64,000 nucleotides of DNA from Batkoa obscura (GCA_030770535.1 JASVEC010000011.1:62001-126000); one strand, 5' to 3'. Shown: positions 36,648-50,334, counted from the stretch's first letter. The notes: a model not told the origin generated them from the letters alone. A program made the numbers and translations.

Positions 36648-39226
36648 TTATAAATTTAAACAAGTTAAAAAAAAGATTAAATTCAAAGGAAGATGACATA
36701 TAATAATACTGATAGGAAGCCAAGAAGAAATCATTAAATGATTAGTTAACAATAATTCTAAATTCAAATTCAATAAATATTTCAATATTAAAAAAATCAT
36801 AAATGGATTAATTAAAACAATTAAAATAAGTTTAATTATTTTAAACTTATTAAAATGTAATAATATTAATGAATAAGGTAATGTAGATATTGATAATAAT
36901 AAAGATAAACCTGTATTTAAAGGAGCTATTAATATAGTTATTAAAGATGAGAAAAACAAGGTGATTAATTGACTATCTTTAAATCCATTTAAATTACTAT
37001 TAATTATTAATTGTTGAATTAAGAATCCTATGATATAATTTGCTATTAATAATAATAATAATTTATTATCAAACTAAATTAAAATTCAAAAATTAATATA
37101 TATTAATAAGTATATTTAATATAATATAACTTACTGTTAAAAATGATAAAATAGGTCTTGTTATTAATATATAAGATAATAACGTTAAACTTAATGATAA
37201 TATAAATAACAATAGTCCTTTATAATTACCATAAAAATGAATTTTTGGTATTATTAATTCATTTTCAAATTGATTTAAATTTTGTTGATAATTAAATACA
37301 TTCAATTCTTTTTTATCTTCTTCTTTTTCTTCCTTTTCATTTACTTCCTTTTCATTTTCTTCCTTTTCATTTTCATTTTCTTTTTCATTTTCTTTTTCAT
37401 TTACTTCTTCCTTCCCTTCCTTCTTTTCCTTTACTTGTTTGTTACCATCCTTTAAATTTCTTTGATTATCAGCCTCAAATTTCCTTAATTTTAAAACAGC
37501 AATTAAAATAGGTAATAAACCCAATATTAAAACAACAATAATATAATGTGTTAATGGGATATAACGAGAAGCATTAACATAAATATAAAAATGGGTAGAA
37601 TGATGGAGTCTTTCCAATAAATTATTTAAACTACGAAACATTGATTCAATTATCCTAATTAAATATTATGTAATAATTAAATATTATATAATTAAATATT
37701 ATTATATATTTACCATCCTAAATTTTTAAAATAAATATCTTTATTTATACCTTGATTTCCTTTAATTGTTATTGTACTAACACCATAACTAAAAAATAAT
37801 TAATAAACTTAAACTCATAAAACAAATTCAATTAACTCTTACTTTAAAAATAAACCATGATAAGAACTTGGTAAACAGAATGCCATATATTTTAATTGAG
37901 TAAACATGGTAATTAACCGATTACTGTTTTCAGATAATTCTTTTCTTGGAGGTTCATACATATAATGAGTAATTTGAAAATCATCACAGATTTCTGCTAT
38001 TGTTGAAACTAAATCCATATTAGGTAATTGTCCGTTAGGACCATCTAATAATTTATTATTTAATATAATCAAAATATTATTATTATTAATAAATTTACCA
38101 TAATAAAAAGATAAAGAATCATAACCTTCTGAATTATTTGGAAAGTCTAAACTTACTGCCATTTGAATTTCACTACCTATAATAGCTAAATTTTCTAAAG
38201 AAATGTAAATATAATTGATTTTTAAATAAGATATATAAATAATTACCTGCTCCTTCAATTGTATTAGAAGTATAATAAGCATTTAACCAAATTTGAGATG
38301 CAATTAAACCATTATCAGTGATAAGAAAAATAATATCTTTAGCCCAAAAATTACTAGCTAATATTATATAAAAATAAAAAGTAAATTTATCAATACATAT
38401 ATTAAATAATAATGATAATTTTAAACTTACTTGAAAATTGTTGAGCTAAAGATAATAATAGTGCTATTCCATAAATATTATCTAATTTATGATTAGCATT
38501 CTTATTTCTTAAATAAAATTATATTCTAATATTTTACCTTTTCCACTTTCAATGCTTGAATTCCAATCTGTGCTTAAAACTAATGCTTCGGTACCATCTC
38601 CGCGTGGAGCTTTTAAAACTGCATATGTATTAATACCTGAAATGGGCTTTATAAAAAAATTTAAATAAACAAATTACAGTAAAAAAGAAATGATAAAATT
38701 TACCTTCTGATATTGTTTATTTGGTAAATCATAACTTTGTGTATAAGTTAGAAAACCAAATTTATTGAATTGTTCAACTATATACTTTGATTTACTATAA
38801 AAAAAGATGAAATTATTAATAACTATTATTTGAATAGATTAGATTTATACTTACAGTTCACTATCACTGTCTTTAATAGCTGTTAAATCTTGTTGATATT
38901 TTTCAGCTAAATCAACTTGATCACTACTATAATACACCCAACCCTAATAAGAATTAATTGTTATTATAAAATGGAATACTTTTTTTATATATTACCGAAT
39001 TGATCAACAATGCATTCTCATCCACATAAATACCTTTTAAAGCTGGATCCGAAGTTAATAGAAATAATGCTAATATCCCTAATAATGCCCATACCCAACT
39101 ATAAGAAAGTTTTATCAGTTTTTGTGTTTGATTAGTTGTTGTTGTTTACCTTATTAATATTACGGTTTTGTTACTGGGTTGAAATAATAATATTTTCGTT
39201 TTTATTTTTTCAAGTTTAGTCGTCAT
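36648..39226 (-). CDS. GAA1: GPI transamidase component GAA1/GPAA1, multi-exon
   Basis: IYVDENALL, APRGDGTEALVL, FWAKDIIFLITD, DGPNGQLPNMDL, RSLNNLLERLHHSTHFY, then multiple C-terminal TM helices. Confidence 0.92.
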
Positions 39227-39571
39227 GAAATTTTAATAAAAGAAAAGTTAATGTCAAAGGGAAAAAATCGAGTTTTTTTATAAGTGAATTTTTCAAATTT
39301 ATTTTCTTATCTTTAATAAGTTAATTAGTTTTAGTATTTTTAATAATTAACATTGTACATATAATATTAATATTAATATATGAATATATAAAGTTAATTT
39401 TAATTATCTATTATTACTAATAATATTTATTCTTATAAAATCCTATTAATAATATCTATTAAATAAAAATTTCGATTCTTATTCTTGAACTTTTGATTTG
39501 TTTAAACTCAAATTATAAGCAATTTGAAAAAATCAACTTTTATTTTGATTAAAATCAACCAAGTTACAACT

Positions 39572-40036
39572 ATGACACATACAGAAACCAATGGCAAAGA
39601 TAGCGTCTTATTTATTGACGAAGAGACCTATACTCAATTACAGGCTGATCATCCACCGGAAAGTTTAGCTGAAATCAATTCAGCAGTCGATCCAGAAACA
39701 GGGGAAATCAATTGGGATTGTCCTTGTTTAGGTGGGATGGCACAACCACCTTGTGGTTCTTTTTTTAAAGAAGCGTTTACTTGCTTTTTGACTTCTACTG
39801 AAGAACCAAAAGGTATTGATTGTGTTGAAAATTTTAGAGCTATGCAAGATTGTATGAGGCAGTTTCCAGAAATTTATGCTGATCAATTGGATGACGAAGA
39901 TAAAGAGAAAGTAGATAAAGAAGATAAAGAAGAAGTTAAAGAAAACGAAGAAACTTCAACACCTACAGATTCTGAATTTACTCAAGTTTCGGATGAAAAT
40001 AGTCCATTGATTGCTGAAGAAACTGATAAACAATAG
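39572..40036 (+). CDS. MIA40: Mitochondrial intermembrane-space oxidoreductase Mia40/CHCHD4, short soluble form
   Basis: GEINWDCPCLGGMA (CPC motif), twin CX9C (CGSFFKEAFTC, CVENFRAMQDC) and an acidic tail. Confidence 0.95.
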   Translation: MTHTETNGKDSVLFIDEETYTQLQADHPPESLAEINSAVDPETGEINWDCPCLGGMAQPPCGSFFKEAFTCFLTSTEEPKGIDCVENFRAMQDCMRQFPEIYADQLDDEDKEKVDKEDKEEVKENEETSTPTDSEFTQVSDENSPLIAEETDKQ

Positions 40037-40274
40037 ATGAAGAAAAAAGTTTAAATGGTAGATATATTAAAGTTTTAATTTAATATTAATCAATAAATAA
40101 AAATATAGGATTAGAGTGCTATTATCAATTTTATCTTATCTTTTTTATTTTGTACCATTATTTTACTAATTTTGTATAAATTCTAATATTTAAATTATTA
40201 AATTAAATGATTATTTTTGTTATTATAAACATTATACTCATAATTAAAATATACACTAATCAATGCTTATTTTT

Positions 40275-41444
40275 TTATTTTAAATTATTTTCAATTGCAG
40301 GTTTAGCTTCATCCCAAGGTCCCGAGATAGCATTCTTATATTTTAATGAATAAATCATACCTGCTGGAAATACAAGGATTATTAAAATTACAATAAAACA
40401 ATAAAGCAAAATCCAATAATAAGAATCACTCCATTCTTTGATTAAATATAAGATAGCTGATGATAAGATGATGGATAAACATAAACATGTTTTAGGGGAG
40501 AAATGCTAAAGAAAGAAAAAAAGTCAGTTTATGAGTTGAAATTATAATGAAAAAAGCAAGATGAATTCAATAGAATATTATTAATTACCCTTAAATGTCT
40601 TTCAGCTGCTGGAAATAAAGCAAATGTAACAATCGAAATGGATAATATACTAGCTACTTTTAAAGTGGATAATATACTAACTTCTTCTAAAGTGGATTCA
40701 GGTTTTGATGCTAATAAAACAGAACCAAAGATAGCAGCATTAATAGATATAGTACCAGGGAATCTATTTTTTAAATAAGAGTTATTATCTATCTCTTCTA
40801 ATATTAATTGTAAAAAACAAACTTACACAATATCCATACAATTTTCACTCGAATAATCATGCCAAATAGCATTAATAGTAAAGGCCAAAGTAGCTAAGAA
40901 CCAGATACTATCTTGCGATATATCCAAAGTTAACGTTTTTAATAAGGGGGATAAACCAAAGATAACTACTATTATTAACAAACCGCTTTTTATTGTAGCT
41001 TCAACTATTATTTCATTGATATAAAATTAATAAATAAAAATGATAGTAAATAAAACAAAACTTACGATCAATATAAGTTTCTTTATGAGCTTTCCTCATC
41101 GAAAGATACCAAAAGAAATAAGCAATTATAGTAAATATAAAAGCAAAATTCAATACCAAGCTGGGTTGCCATACATTAGTTTTGATTTTAAAAAAGGTAA
41201 ATACAAATAAAATGATTTTATTTAAGTGAAGTAATATTGTTACTGATGCTTGAAAACATAAATAGCTTAATGTATATCGCCGAACATTTACTGAAATTTA
41301 GACTTTAGTTTATTTTTTAAATACTTTTTTTTTTGAGACTAGAATACCATTTTTCCTCAACAAATTCAAAAACGTAGCATCCGTATAATTATCTGGATAA
41401 GGTTGTTTTTCATATAAGATTCTACGCCATTTAGGTTTACTCAT
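40275..41444 (-). CDS. GPI2: GPI-GlcNAc transferase subunit GPI2/PIG-C, 5 exons
   Basis: Spliced [26 protein letters not shown]...[18 protein letters not shown]...[16 protein letters not shown]...[15 protein letters not shown]. Absent from the ORF track. Confidence 0.93.
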
Positions 41445-41584
41445 TCTAATTTTTTACAATACACCATCACTTTAGAACCATTTACTCACTTTAACACTTC
41501 ATTTTTATTGCAAAAATTTAAACTTTGCAATTTTTCAATGAAACAACATAGTTCTAATTCTTCATTTTTAGCCTTCAAAAAAAA

Positions 41585-43863
41585 ATGAATCAAAACAATA
41601 GCAGCAATAGTACAAATGGAAGGAAGTTAAGATCTAGTTTGCGTTCTAAAGAAAGACAAAATCATAATATACCAATTTCGCCAGTGTTTAGAAGATCCAC
41701 TCGATTATCAAGTAGATTTGAAGCCGATGAAAAAGATAAATTGTCAAATAAAAGATTATTAAGTCCAACTTCGGATAACGATGGAATTAGTATAAAAAGG
41801 TTGATGAGTGTTAATGAAATTTCTTCTGATGAATATCGAGATGAAGACGAAGTATATCAACTTGAGAGCAAAGGAGAAGGTTATTTATCTGAGGAGACAA
41901 TTGGTAATTTAAATTTGATATTTTTTAAATTTATTACTTAATAACAACAGAAAATAAAGAGCCCAAAAAGAATATTGAAAAAGAAAATGTTAATAATAAA
42001 AATGACAATAAAAAAACTGAGCCTATTGTCAAGTTTAATTTAGAAGACGAAGACGAAGGTAATGAAGAAGATACTTTAGGACAAGAATACTACCTCCCTT
42101 TAAACGCAGCAGAAATAATAGAATCTCGTCCAGATATTAAAATACCATCAAAACTAAGCTTGCCAACATCAACATCAACATTTACTACTTCTCTTTCAAA
42201 AGTTGGTGGCCTAGATCCTCATATTTATAAAATAAAAGAATCAATTGTATTACCCATTTTATACCCCGAGTTTTGTAAACAATATAATATTATATCTTCA
42301 AGGGGTATTTTATTCCATGGCCCACCTGGTACAGGAAAAACATTTTTAGCTAAATCATTAGTGCATGAGTGTTCCAAAGAAAAAGTACCCATTGCCTATT
42401 TTCATGTGAATAATGCGGATATCTTAAGTAAATGGGTAGGTGAATCTGAAATTCGATTGAAAAAGATCTTTGAAACAGCGAAATTATGGGCCCCAAGTAT
42501 AATATTTTTTGATGAAATTGATGGACTTGCGCCTATTAGAGATGAAAATGATCGACCTAGTGCTTCTTTAGTATCTTCGTTATTAGCTTATATGGATGGA
42601 TTTAAAGATTTAGGTAAAGTATTAGTGATTGGTTCTACTAATCGAATTGAAGCTATTGATCCCGCTTTAAGAAGACCTGGTAGATTTGATGAAGAATTAT
42701 ATTTTGCTTTACCAAATTTAGAAGCTAGAAAATCAATTATTAATGCTATTACCAATTCATGGCCAATACCATTAGATAAACAAGTTATTGAGAAAATTGT
42801 TAATTTAACTAAAGGATATAGTGGAGCCGATTTAAAATCTTTATGTGATAAAGCGGTAGTGACGTCATTTATTCGAAGAAATCCAAATACATTTGATAAA
42901 GAAATTGGAGCGAGTAATATAGATTGTTCTACTATGAAAATTGAAGAACATGATTTTATGATAGCATTAAAGAAAGTAACTTCTGTATCTCAAAATTTAA
43001 TTGGTATGAAATGTCAATCAATAGTACCACCTTATGATAAATTATTAAATCCAATGGTAGAAGATGTATTAGAAGCAATCAATGAAGATTTAGAAGAGAA
43101 TAATATAATTATGAGTGAAAATTTAGTACCAAAAGTAGTAATTATTAATGGAAATTCTGGGGTTGTACAAAATTTAATATTATCATCTACATTAAATAAT
43201 TTAGAAGATTATCGTATTGTAATGATTGATTTAACACAACTTTGTATACCAGATGATGTTACTGGTTGTAAAGAATTAAGTCTTATACTTAATGGATCCC
43301 AATTTTATTCTATAAAAACATTATTTGTTATAAAAGAAGTTAAAATATTACATGTTTATTGCTCCCAATTAATTACTATATTACGTAATTTTATGTTATC
43401 GCCTTGCAAAAAAGGATCGGTTACCTTTTTAATTACATGTGATAAATTAAAGGATATGAGCTTTTATTTTAAAGATGTAATTGGTAAAGTGATTCAAACT
43501 AATGATATTTATCTAGGAGTTAAAGCTCCCTTTGTTGAATCTTTATTAAAAGAATATTTTGATCTAAGAATAGTAAATGATAATAATATTGATGATAGCT
43601 TATCTAAAGAGAATGGTTTTGAAAGTATAGAAGAAGAAAAAGAAGAAACAAGTTATAATCAATGCTCTCTTCCTAATCTTTGTTTAAGTAATATTATGTA
43701 TGCTATGGAAGGCTTAGAAGTTCAAGATATTATTAAATTTAGCATTTGTCTTAAATTGGAACTTATTGAACCTTGTTATACTGCTTTAAGAAAACAAATT
43801 GAACAGGTTGCTAGTGAATTTAAAAAAAGTAAAAAAAGTGGTATTCAATATATTCCACTTTGA
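41585..43863 (+). CDS. AAA+ ATPase of the Yta7/ATAD2/Abo1 clade, without a recognisable bromodomain, 2 exons
   Basis: RGILFHGPPGTGKT, ADILSKWVGESE, PSIIFFDEIDGLAPIR, LLAYMDG, IDPALRRPGRFDEELYFALP, TKGYSGADLKSLC; degenerate second AAA module. Intron ~41904-41950. Confidence 0.8.
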
Positions 43864-44201
43864 AAGGGATTTGAATGTTGATATTGTTTTTTATGGATTT
43901 ATGTATGTTGGTGTAATAAAATTAAGCTTATTATTTATTATTTTATTAATATTTAAGTTTATTTTTTAATTCTAACGTCATACATTTTTATTTTTTAATT
44001 AATATTTCTTAATAAAATTGAGTTTCAAGCATGTATTCGATATTAACAAATTACAATTTTTAACATTTCATAATATTAGCCATAACAGCTAACACTTGTA
44101 ACAACATTAACCAATAAAATTGCAATTGAAAATCTACTCACTCTATAATAAAAAAATTATAACTTTTAAATTTTAGCTTATTAAAATTGGATAATTAAAT
44201 A

Positions 44202-45693
44202 ATGAGCAGTCGATTGGGACAAGCTAATAATAGTAATAATAATAATGGTTTGTTAAATAATTATAATTTGGGAGGTGTATTACACTTTCTTCAAGCGGAA
44301 TGGCGTAATTTTGAAAAACAAAGAGTGGAATGGGAAATTGAAAGAGCTGAATTATCGGTAATTATAGAATTGGGATTTAAATTTTAATTATGACGATTAA
44401 TTATTAATTTTCATTAGGCAAAAATAGCTTCTTTAGAAGGTGAAAGAAAAGCATCAGAATCTGTTAGAAATGATTTATTAAAAAGGATTAAAATGTTAGA
44501 GTTTGCTTTAAGACAAGAGAGGTGATAATTTTCTATTTTCTAAAAATTAAAGATTATTTTTAACGGAGTAATTTTTAAAGGGGTAAATTATTATCCAATT
44601 CTTCTAATATCGAACGCGGTGAAAGTCCATCTCCTTCAGTATCTAGTAGTAATAGCTTAAGTTTAAAATAATATCAAAGTTAAAATTAATATTCTTTTTG
44701 TTTTTAGTTGCCTCACCTGTCAATTATGCTAAACATATATTAAAGACCAGAAATTCTTCTGCTTCTTTAGGGGGACAAAAAAGTAAATATAGGAAAGATA
44801 AATGTAGAGAAATTTTAAAGATGTAAACTTCTTTTACAAATTAGTATTTAGTAAATAACCAATTTTATTAGGTGTCTTGAAGAGTTAAATACGATTCCAT
44901 CTACTTTACCACCAGGAGGCGTATACAATAGCCCATTTATGGAAAGTAGAAATGAAATAAAAACAAGTGAAAGCGAAGAAAGCATGATTAATAAATACAA
45001 TAAAGTAAACAATGATCGAAAATCTAATTTATCAATTGAAATCAGTAATGAAGCGCCACCTGAATTTATCAGTAGTCCATTACCACCCGAAATATTAAAG
45101 AAACCAATGGCAACAACAACAATTACAGTAATTGAAAAGAATAAAGCAATACCAAGGAATAAAAATAATAATAAAAATGCGGATGGAGAAGAAGAAAGTG
45201 AAGAAGAAAAAAGAAAAAAAAGAATTACGGTTATTGTACCCGAAGATTATAATGGGGTTATCTTTGATGATATGGGTCATTCTCCATTAAATAATGAAAA
45301 TATGGCGGATCCCGATTTGGACCCAGTGCCTTTTGAAAAAAATGAAATTGAAAAAGGGGAAGAGGTATTGGATTATTCGGTTAGTTTTAATAAAAATATT
45401 ACAAGTTTGAGTTATAATGCTTTGAATTTAGATTGCTTCACTCTCATCATCGGCAGCTAATAAATTATCATCTATTCTTAAAGCTTTGGGTAGAAAACAA
45501 GACGAGGAAGGAAATAACGGAAGTGAAACTGGTAAGTTTTTATTATGTTATATAATGAATATAAATATAAATTTTTAATATTTTTAATTTAGTTAAAGAA
45601 AATGAAAACAATTTTTTAAATCAAGAACCTAGTTTAAATATTGATAGTGATATCTCATTACCACTTTCACCAGTAAGTTTTAAATTATGAATC

Positions 45694-45736
<43 letters not shown>

Positions 45737-47361
45737 TTATTTTATTCTATTTCAGTATTCGAATGATAAAGAAGTTAAAGATTGTAGTGTCAATTATTCA
45801 TGGAAACCAAAATTAACACTTAAAAGGTAATTTGTTATTAGTAAATAATTATATTATAAATTTTAATACTGTTTTAAATATAAAGTCATTTGGATACTAT
45901 TCGATCAATTGATTTTCATCAAAGTGAACTTACTTTAGCATCTGGTTCTGAAGATGGTACTGTAAAAATTTGGAATTTACAAGCATTAGCAAATTTAACC
46001 AAAAAGTAATATTAATATAAACCAATTTTAATCATAAAATAATAATAATATTTAATAATAATAATATTTAATAATGATAAAATAGAACTGCTAGACAAGA
46101 AATTGAACCTACTTTTGTTTATCGAGGACATACAGGTCCAGTAACTTGTGTTGAAATAGGATCTGAAGATAAAATGATTTATTCAAGTTCATTTGATTGT
46201 AGTATAAAAGCATGGAAATTTCCAAGGGATGGTAGAACTACTCAAGATCCTACAGGTAATTTTTTAAATTTTGATTAAATTAAAAGAATGTAAATTAATA
46301 ATATAATATAAAATATAAATAGAACCTTCCTTATTAACAAACACGTTTATTGGTCATACGGATATTGTATGGAATTTAAAATTAGGACCCAAATCCCAAG
46401 ATAAGTTAATATTAGGTAGTGTATCTGCTGATCAAACTACTAAATTATGGGATGGTGAAAATAAATCAACTAATAATTTATTATCTACAATTTATTTTAA
46501 TAATGATAAAAAAAGTAAGTTATTTATATAATAAGAACTATATTATTGAAAAAGTAATGTTTATATTAATATTAATATTAACTATTTATTAGATAAGATG
46601 ACACCTACAGCTATTGATTTTTGGAAATCGGATCCAAATAAAGTGATTATTAGTTATCGTAATTCTAAAATTCAATTGGTGGATATTGAAACAGGAAAAA
46701 TTATAGTGGATTTTTTATCGGATAGTACATATGGTAAGTAAATTATAAATAGAAAGAGATTGAGAAATTTAATATTTAATATTTAATATTTAATATTATA
46801 ATTTATTAAATATTTTATTATTTTAATTAGACAATACTCCCTTTACTCAAATTAATTGTATATTATCTCATCCAACAATGCCATTGCTTATTTCGGGTCA
46901 TGAAGATAAATTTATTCGATTTTTTGATATTAATTCGGGTAATATTTTTGTATTTCAATATATAATTTGTTGATATCTTATATTGAATTTTAATAGGTAA
47001 ATCAATTCATTCAATGGTAGCCCATTTAGATTCGGTATCTTCATTAGATATTAGTTCTTCCAATTTAACATTAGTTTCTGGTGGTAAGTTGAATATTTAA
47101 TAATAATAATAATAATAATAATAATATATATAAAAATATTAACATAATAATCTCTATTTATTAATATTAATATTTTATTTTTTTTAAGGACATGATGCAT
47201 CTATTAGGTGGTGGGATCTAAGTAATTATTCTTGTATACAAGAATTTTCATCACATCGATCAAAATCTAATCAAGCGGTTTATTCGGTTAAATTTCATAA
47301 ATCTTATCCTTGGTTAGCTACAGCAGGAGCAGATTCTATTGTTAAATTATTTTCAGTTTAA
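44202..47361 (+). CDS. Striatin (STRIPAK scaffold; Far8/Pro11/STRN), multi-exon
   Basis: YNLGGVLHFLQAEWRNFEKQRVEWEIERAEL|AKIASLEGERK...DLLKRIKMLEFALRQER; WD40 repeats (SHLDTIR, LASGSEDGTVKIWNL, AHLDSVSSLD, GHDASIRWWD, LATAGADSIVKLF). Confidence 0.95.
45697..45735. repeat. (AAT)n microsatellite in a striatin intron
   Basis: Direct reading; a shorter run lies at ~47099-47126. Confidence 0.85.
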
Positions 47362-48552
47362 ATTAAAGTCCAATGTTGTTAATTGCAATAATTTAATAAA
47401 ATAAATTTTTTACTAAGTGTTTTTTTTTAGAATTATTGTTTATTATATTCAACATTGTTTGTTATTATTCTTTGTTGATTAACTTGATATTTTATAATCT
47501 TGTTATATGTTACTCAATTGAATATTCTATTTTATTTATTTTATTATATGTTGTTGTTATAACTCCATGTTTTACACATTTTAATACATTATTTTACTTA
47601 ATATTTTATAATTAATTAAAAATAAAACTAATAATATATTTGATATTCTTAATTTAATAATTTAATAATTTAAAGTGTTAATTTTTTAAAATAAATAGAG
47701 GATGCTATTTTATTTGATTATTATTAACCTCAAATTTGAAATTATTCTATTTTTAAATGAATATAAATTATTAATAGATTTCAATAATACTATTTAATGC
47801 TATTTATTGAATTATGCTATAATCTATTAATGATATAATAAAAAAGTTTAATTAATTAATTAAATTCAATTTTATTTATTTTATTGAAATTACAATTTAT
47901 TTTAATATTGCAACTTTAATTAATTTCAATAAATTAACAATGAACATTAAGTAAACAAAAAAGGGGATTTTAATGAACCTTTTGATTGGATGAAATGTAA
48001 GACATTGGAACCATAATTTGAAAATCAAAATTTATTTGAATGGTAACCAATGAAATTCTGACTCAATGATATTAAGCCAATTGAAATTACTATAAATAGT
48101 AATTTAACTTTTTAAAATACAATGAATTTTGATTTAGCTGCTATAAGTTTATTATGACCTAAATAATTACTCATTTAATGATCAAATTAGATTAAACTCT
48201 GGTTAAATATAAGCATTAAACATTAAAAAAATCAAATAAATAAATAGTTAATATTAAATATTATTGCAAATTAAATCGTAATAGAGTTTTAGAAGTTGTA
48301 ATTTGTTTAAAAAAATACAAAGAAATTATTGAAAGTTTAATTAAATGTTTAATTGGTTGATAAAATATTAACAAAATGATTTGTTCCATATTTAATAAAA
48401 AATATCAAAATAAGGAGTTGATATCAAAAATTGAATTCAATTCTTTAAATTTAATTAATAACTTCTTTGTTATAATCTACAATTTAGATTTATAAAATAA
48501 ATAATAAATAATTGATATTTTTTTCATTTAATTTAACAAAAGAAAAACAAAG

Positions 48553-49112
48553 ATGATAAGTAGTATTGATATTTCGGATTTAAAAGACCTCAATATGAAA
48601 CGACGTTCTATGGTTCATGCCATGGTCCGAGCTAAAGTTGATTATACTAAATCTAGAGAAGGAGAATTAAGTTTTTTAAAAGGACAACATTTTACAGTTA
48701 TACCAGGACATCAAGAAGTAGAATATTATGAGGTAGTGAATCCAGATACTAAAGAAAAAGGATTAGTTAAGGTAAAAATGATGGAATATTATGCAGCAAA
48801 TAATCAAGTATTTTATCAATTAAAACAAAATAATCAATTAATTAATCAAATTAATACTGAAAATGTATTAAACAATACTAACGGTAATAAAGATTTTAAA
48901 CAAAGAATTGGATTTGCTTTAACAACTATAAAAAATCCTCAAATGGGATTTATGGAAATTAATAAAGATGATGCTTTATTAATTATTGATCAATCTGAAG
49001 ATTATTATATTGCTAAACCTATTGGTAAACTAGGTATTCCTGCTAAGATATTAATTAAAGATGTATTATTACAACAAGCTTTTAATAATGAAAATAATAA
49101 TAATGAAAATAA

Positions 49113-49189
<77 letters not shown>

Positions 49190-50029
49190 TGAAATTAATA
49201 TCCTCAACAATTCCCAATAAAATATTAGAAAAAATACAACCATTACCAGCATTACCAGCATTACCAATCTCAAATAATATTAATAATATTAATAATATTA
49301 ATAATAAATTGACACATACTAAAGTAAATTTAAGTATATCATCTATCAATAAAAATATAATTAATCCTAAATTTAATCCTAATCGACGAAGAGGTTCTGT
49401 ACAAACAAAAGCCATGTATTCCAATTCATTAGGAGGTTATTTTTTAACAGAAGATGAAGTATTAGATAAGAGTAGTAGTAAAATTATTAGTGATACTAAT
49501 ATTTATGATATTAAAGTAAAAGAAATGATATCTATTGATGGTATTGATTATATTAAAATTCAAGTTATTTATTTAAAAGATATGGACAAAATAATTATTT
49601 ATAGAAGACAAGAAGAAATTAATAGTTTAAATAATAAGATTTGTTGTTTAAATGAAGTAGATAATAATTTATTACCTAAACTACCTAGTTTGAAGTTTAA
49701 TAGGAAAACGGATCTGGAATTAAAATATCATTTAAGTAATTATGAATTATATTTAATAGATGTAGAAGCTTATCTTTGGGATTTATTATATTTCAATAAT
49801 AGTTTATTGAATTTAAATTTAGAAATCTTTTTAAAAGAAACAGAGATTGATAGAAATATTCATATTTCATTAAAATTTAATTTAAGTTTATTAAAGCCAA
49901 TTCAAATAGGACCAAGCTTTGAAAAGGATTTAATGAATTTATCATTTTCAAAAAACATTCAATTAAATAAAACTACTAGTTTTAATAATAATCATGAGCA
50001 ACAATTACTATTACAACAACAACAACAAA

Positions 50030-50070
<41 letters not shown>

Positions 50071-50334
50071 TCAGTAATAACAAATAAAAGAGGTAGTTTC
50101 AAAATTAAATTACAAATTGATGATAACTTATTTGCTTACTATTTAAAACAAGATCCTATTTCATATCAAGAATTTTTAACTAGTATTACAGATTATTTAG
50201 GTTTTACTAATTTTAATTTACAATATAAACATTTGAAATCCAATCAAATATTACCTTTACAAAATGAACAACAATTTCTTAATGCTATTAATGAATCTAA
50301 TAAAAATTATTTATATGTATTGGCTAAATTTTAA
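48553..50334 (+). CDS. Bem1/Scd2-like polarity scaffold (SH3-SH3-PX-PB1), divergent, intronless, with poly-Asn tracts
   Basis: SH3-1 VRAKVDYTKSREGELSFLKGQHF...YYEVVNP...KGLV; SH3-2 remnant DYYIAKPIGKLGIPAKI; PX-like IIIYRRQEEI...LLPKLP; PB1 FKIKLQIDDNLFAY. Confidence 0.82.

Noticed and set aside
1034..47361. GCK-III kinase and striatin as a STRIPAK gene cluster
   Set aside because: They are about 41 kb apart with ~19 unrelated genes between them; chance is sufficient.
49005..49424. Minus-strand poly-Leu and poly-Tyr ORFs (49005-49424, 49082-49273)
   Set aside because: Antisense shadows of the (AAT)n poly-Asn tract in the Bem1-like gene.
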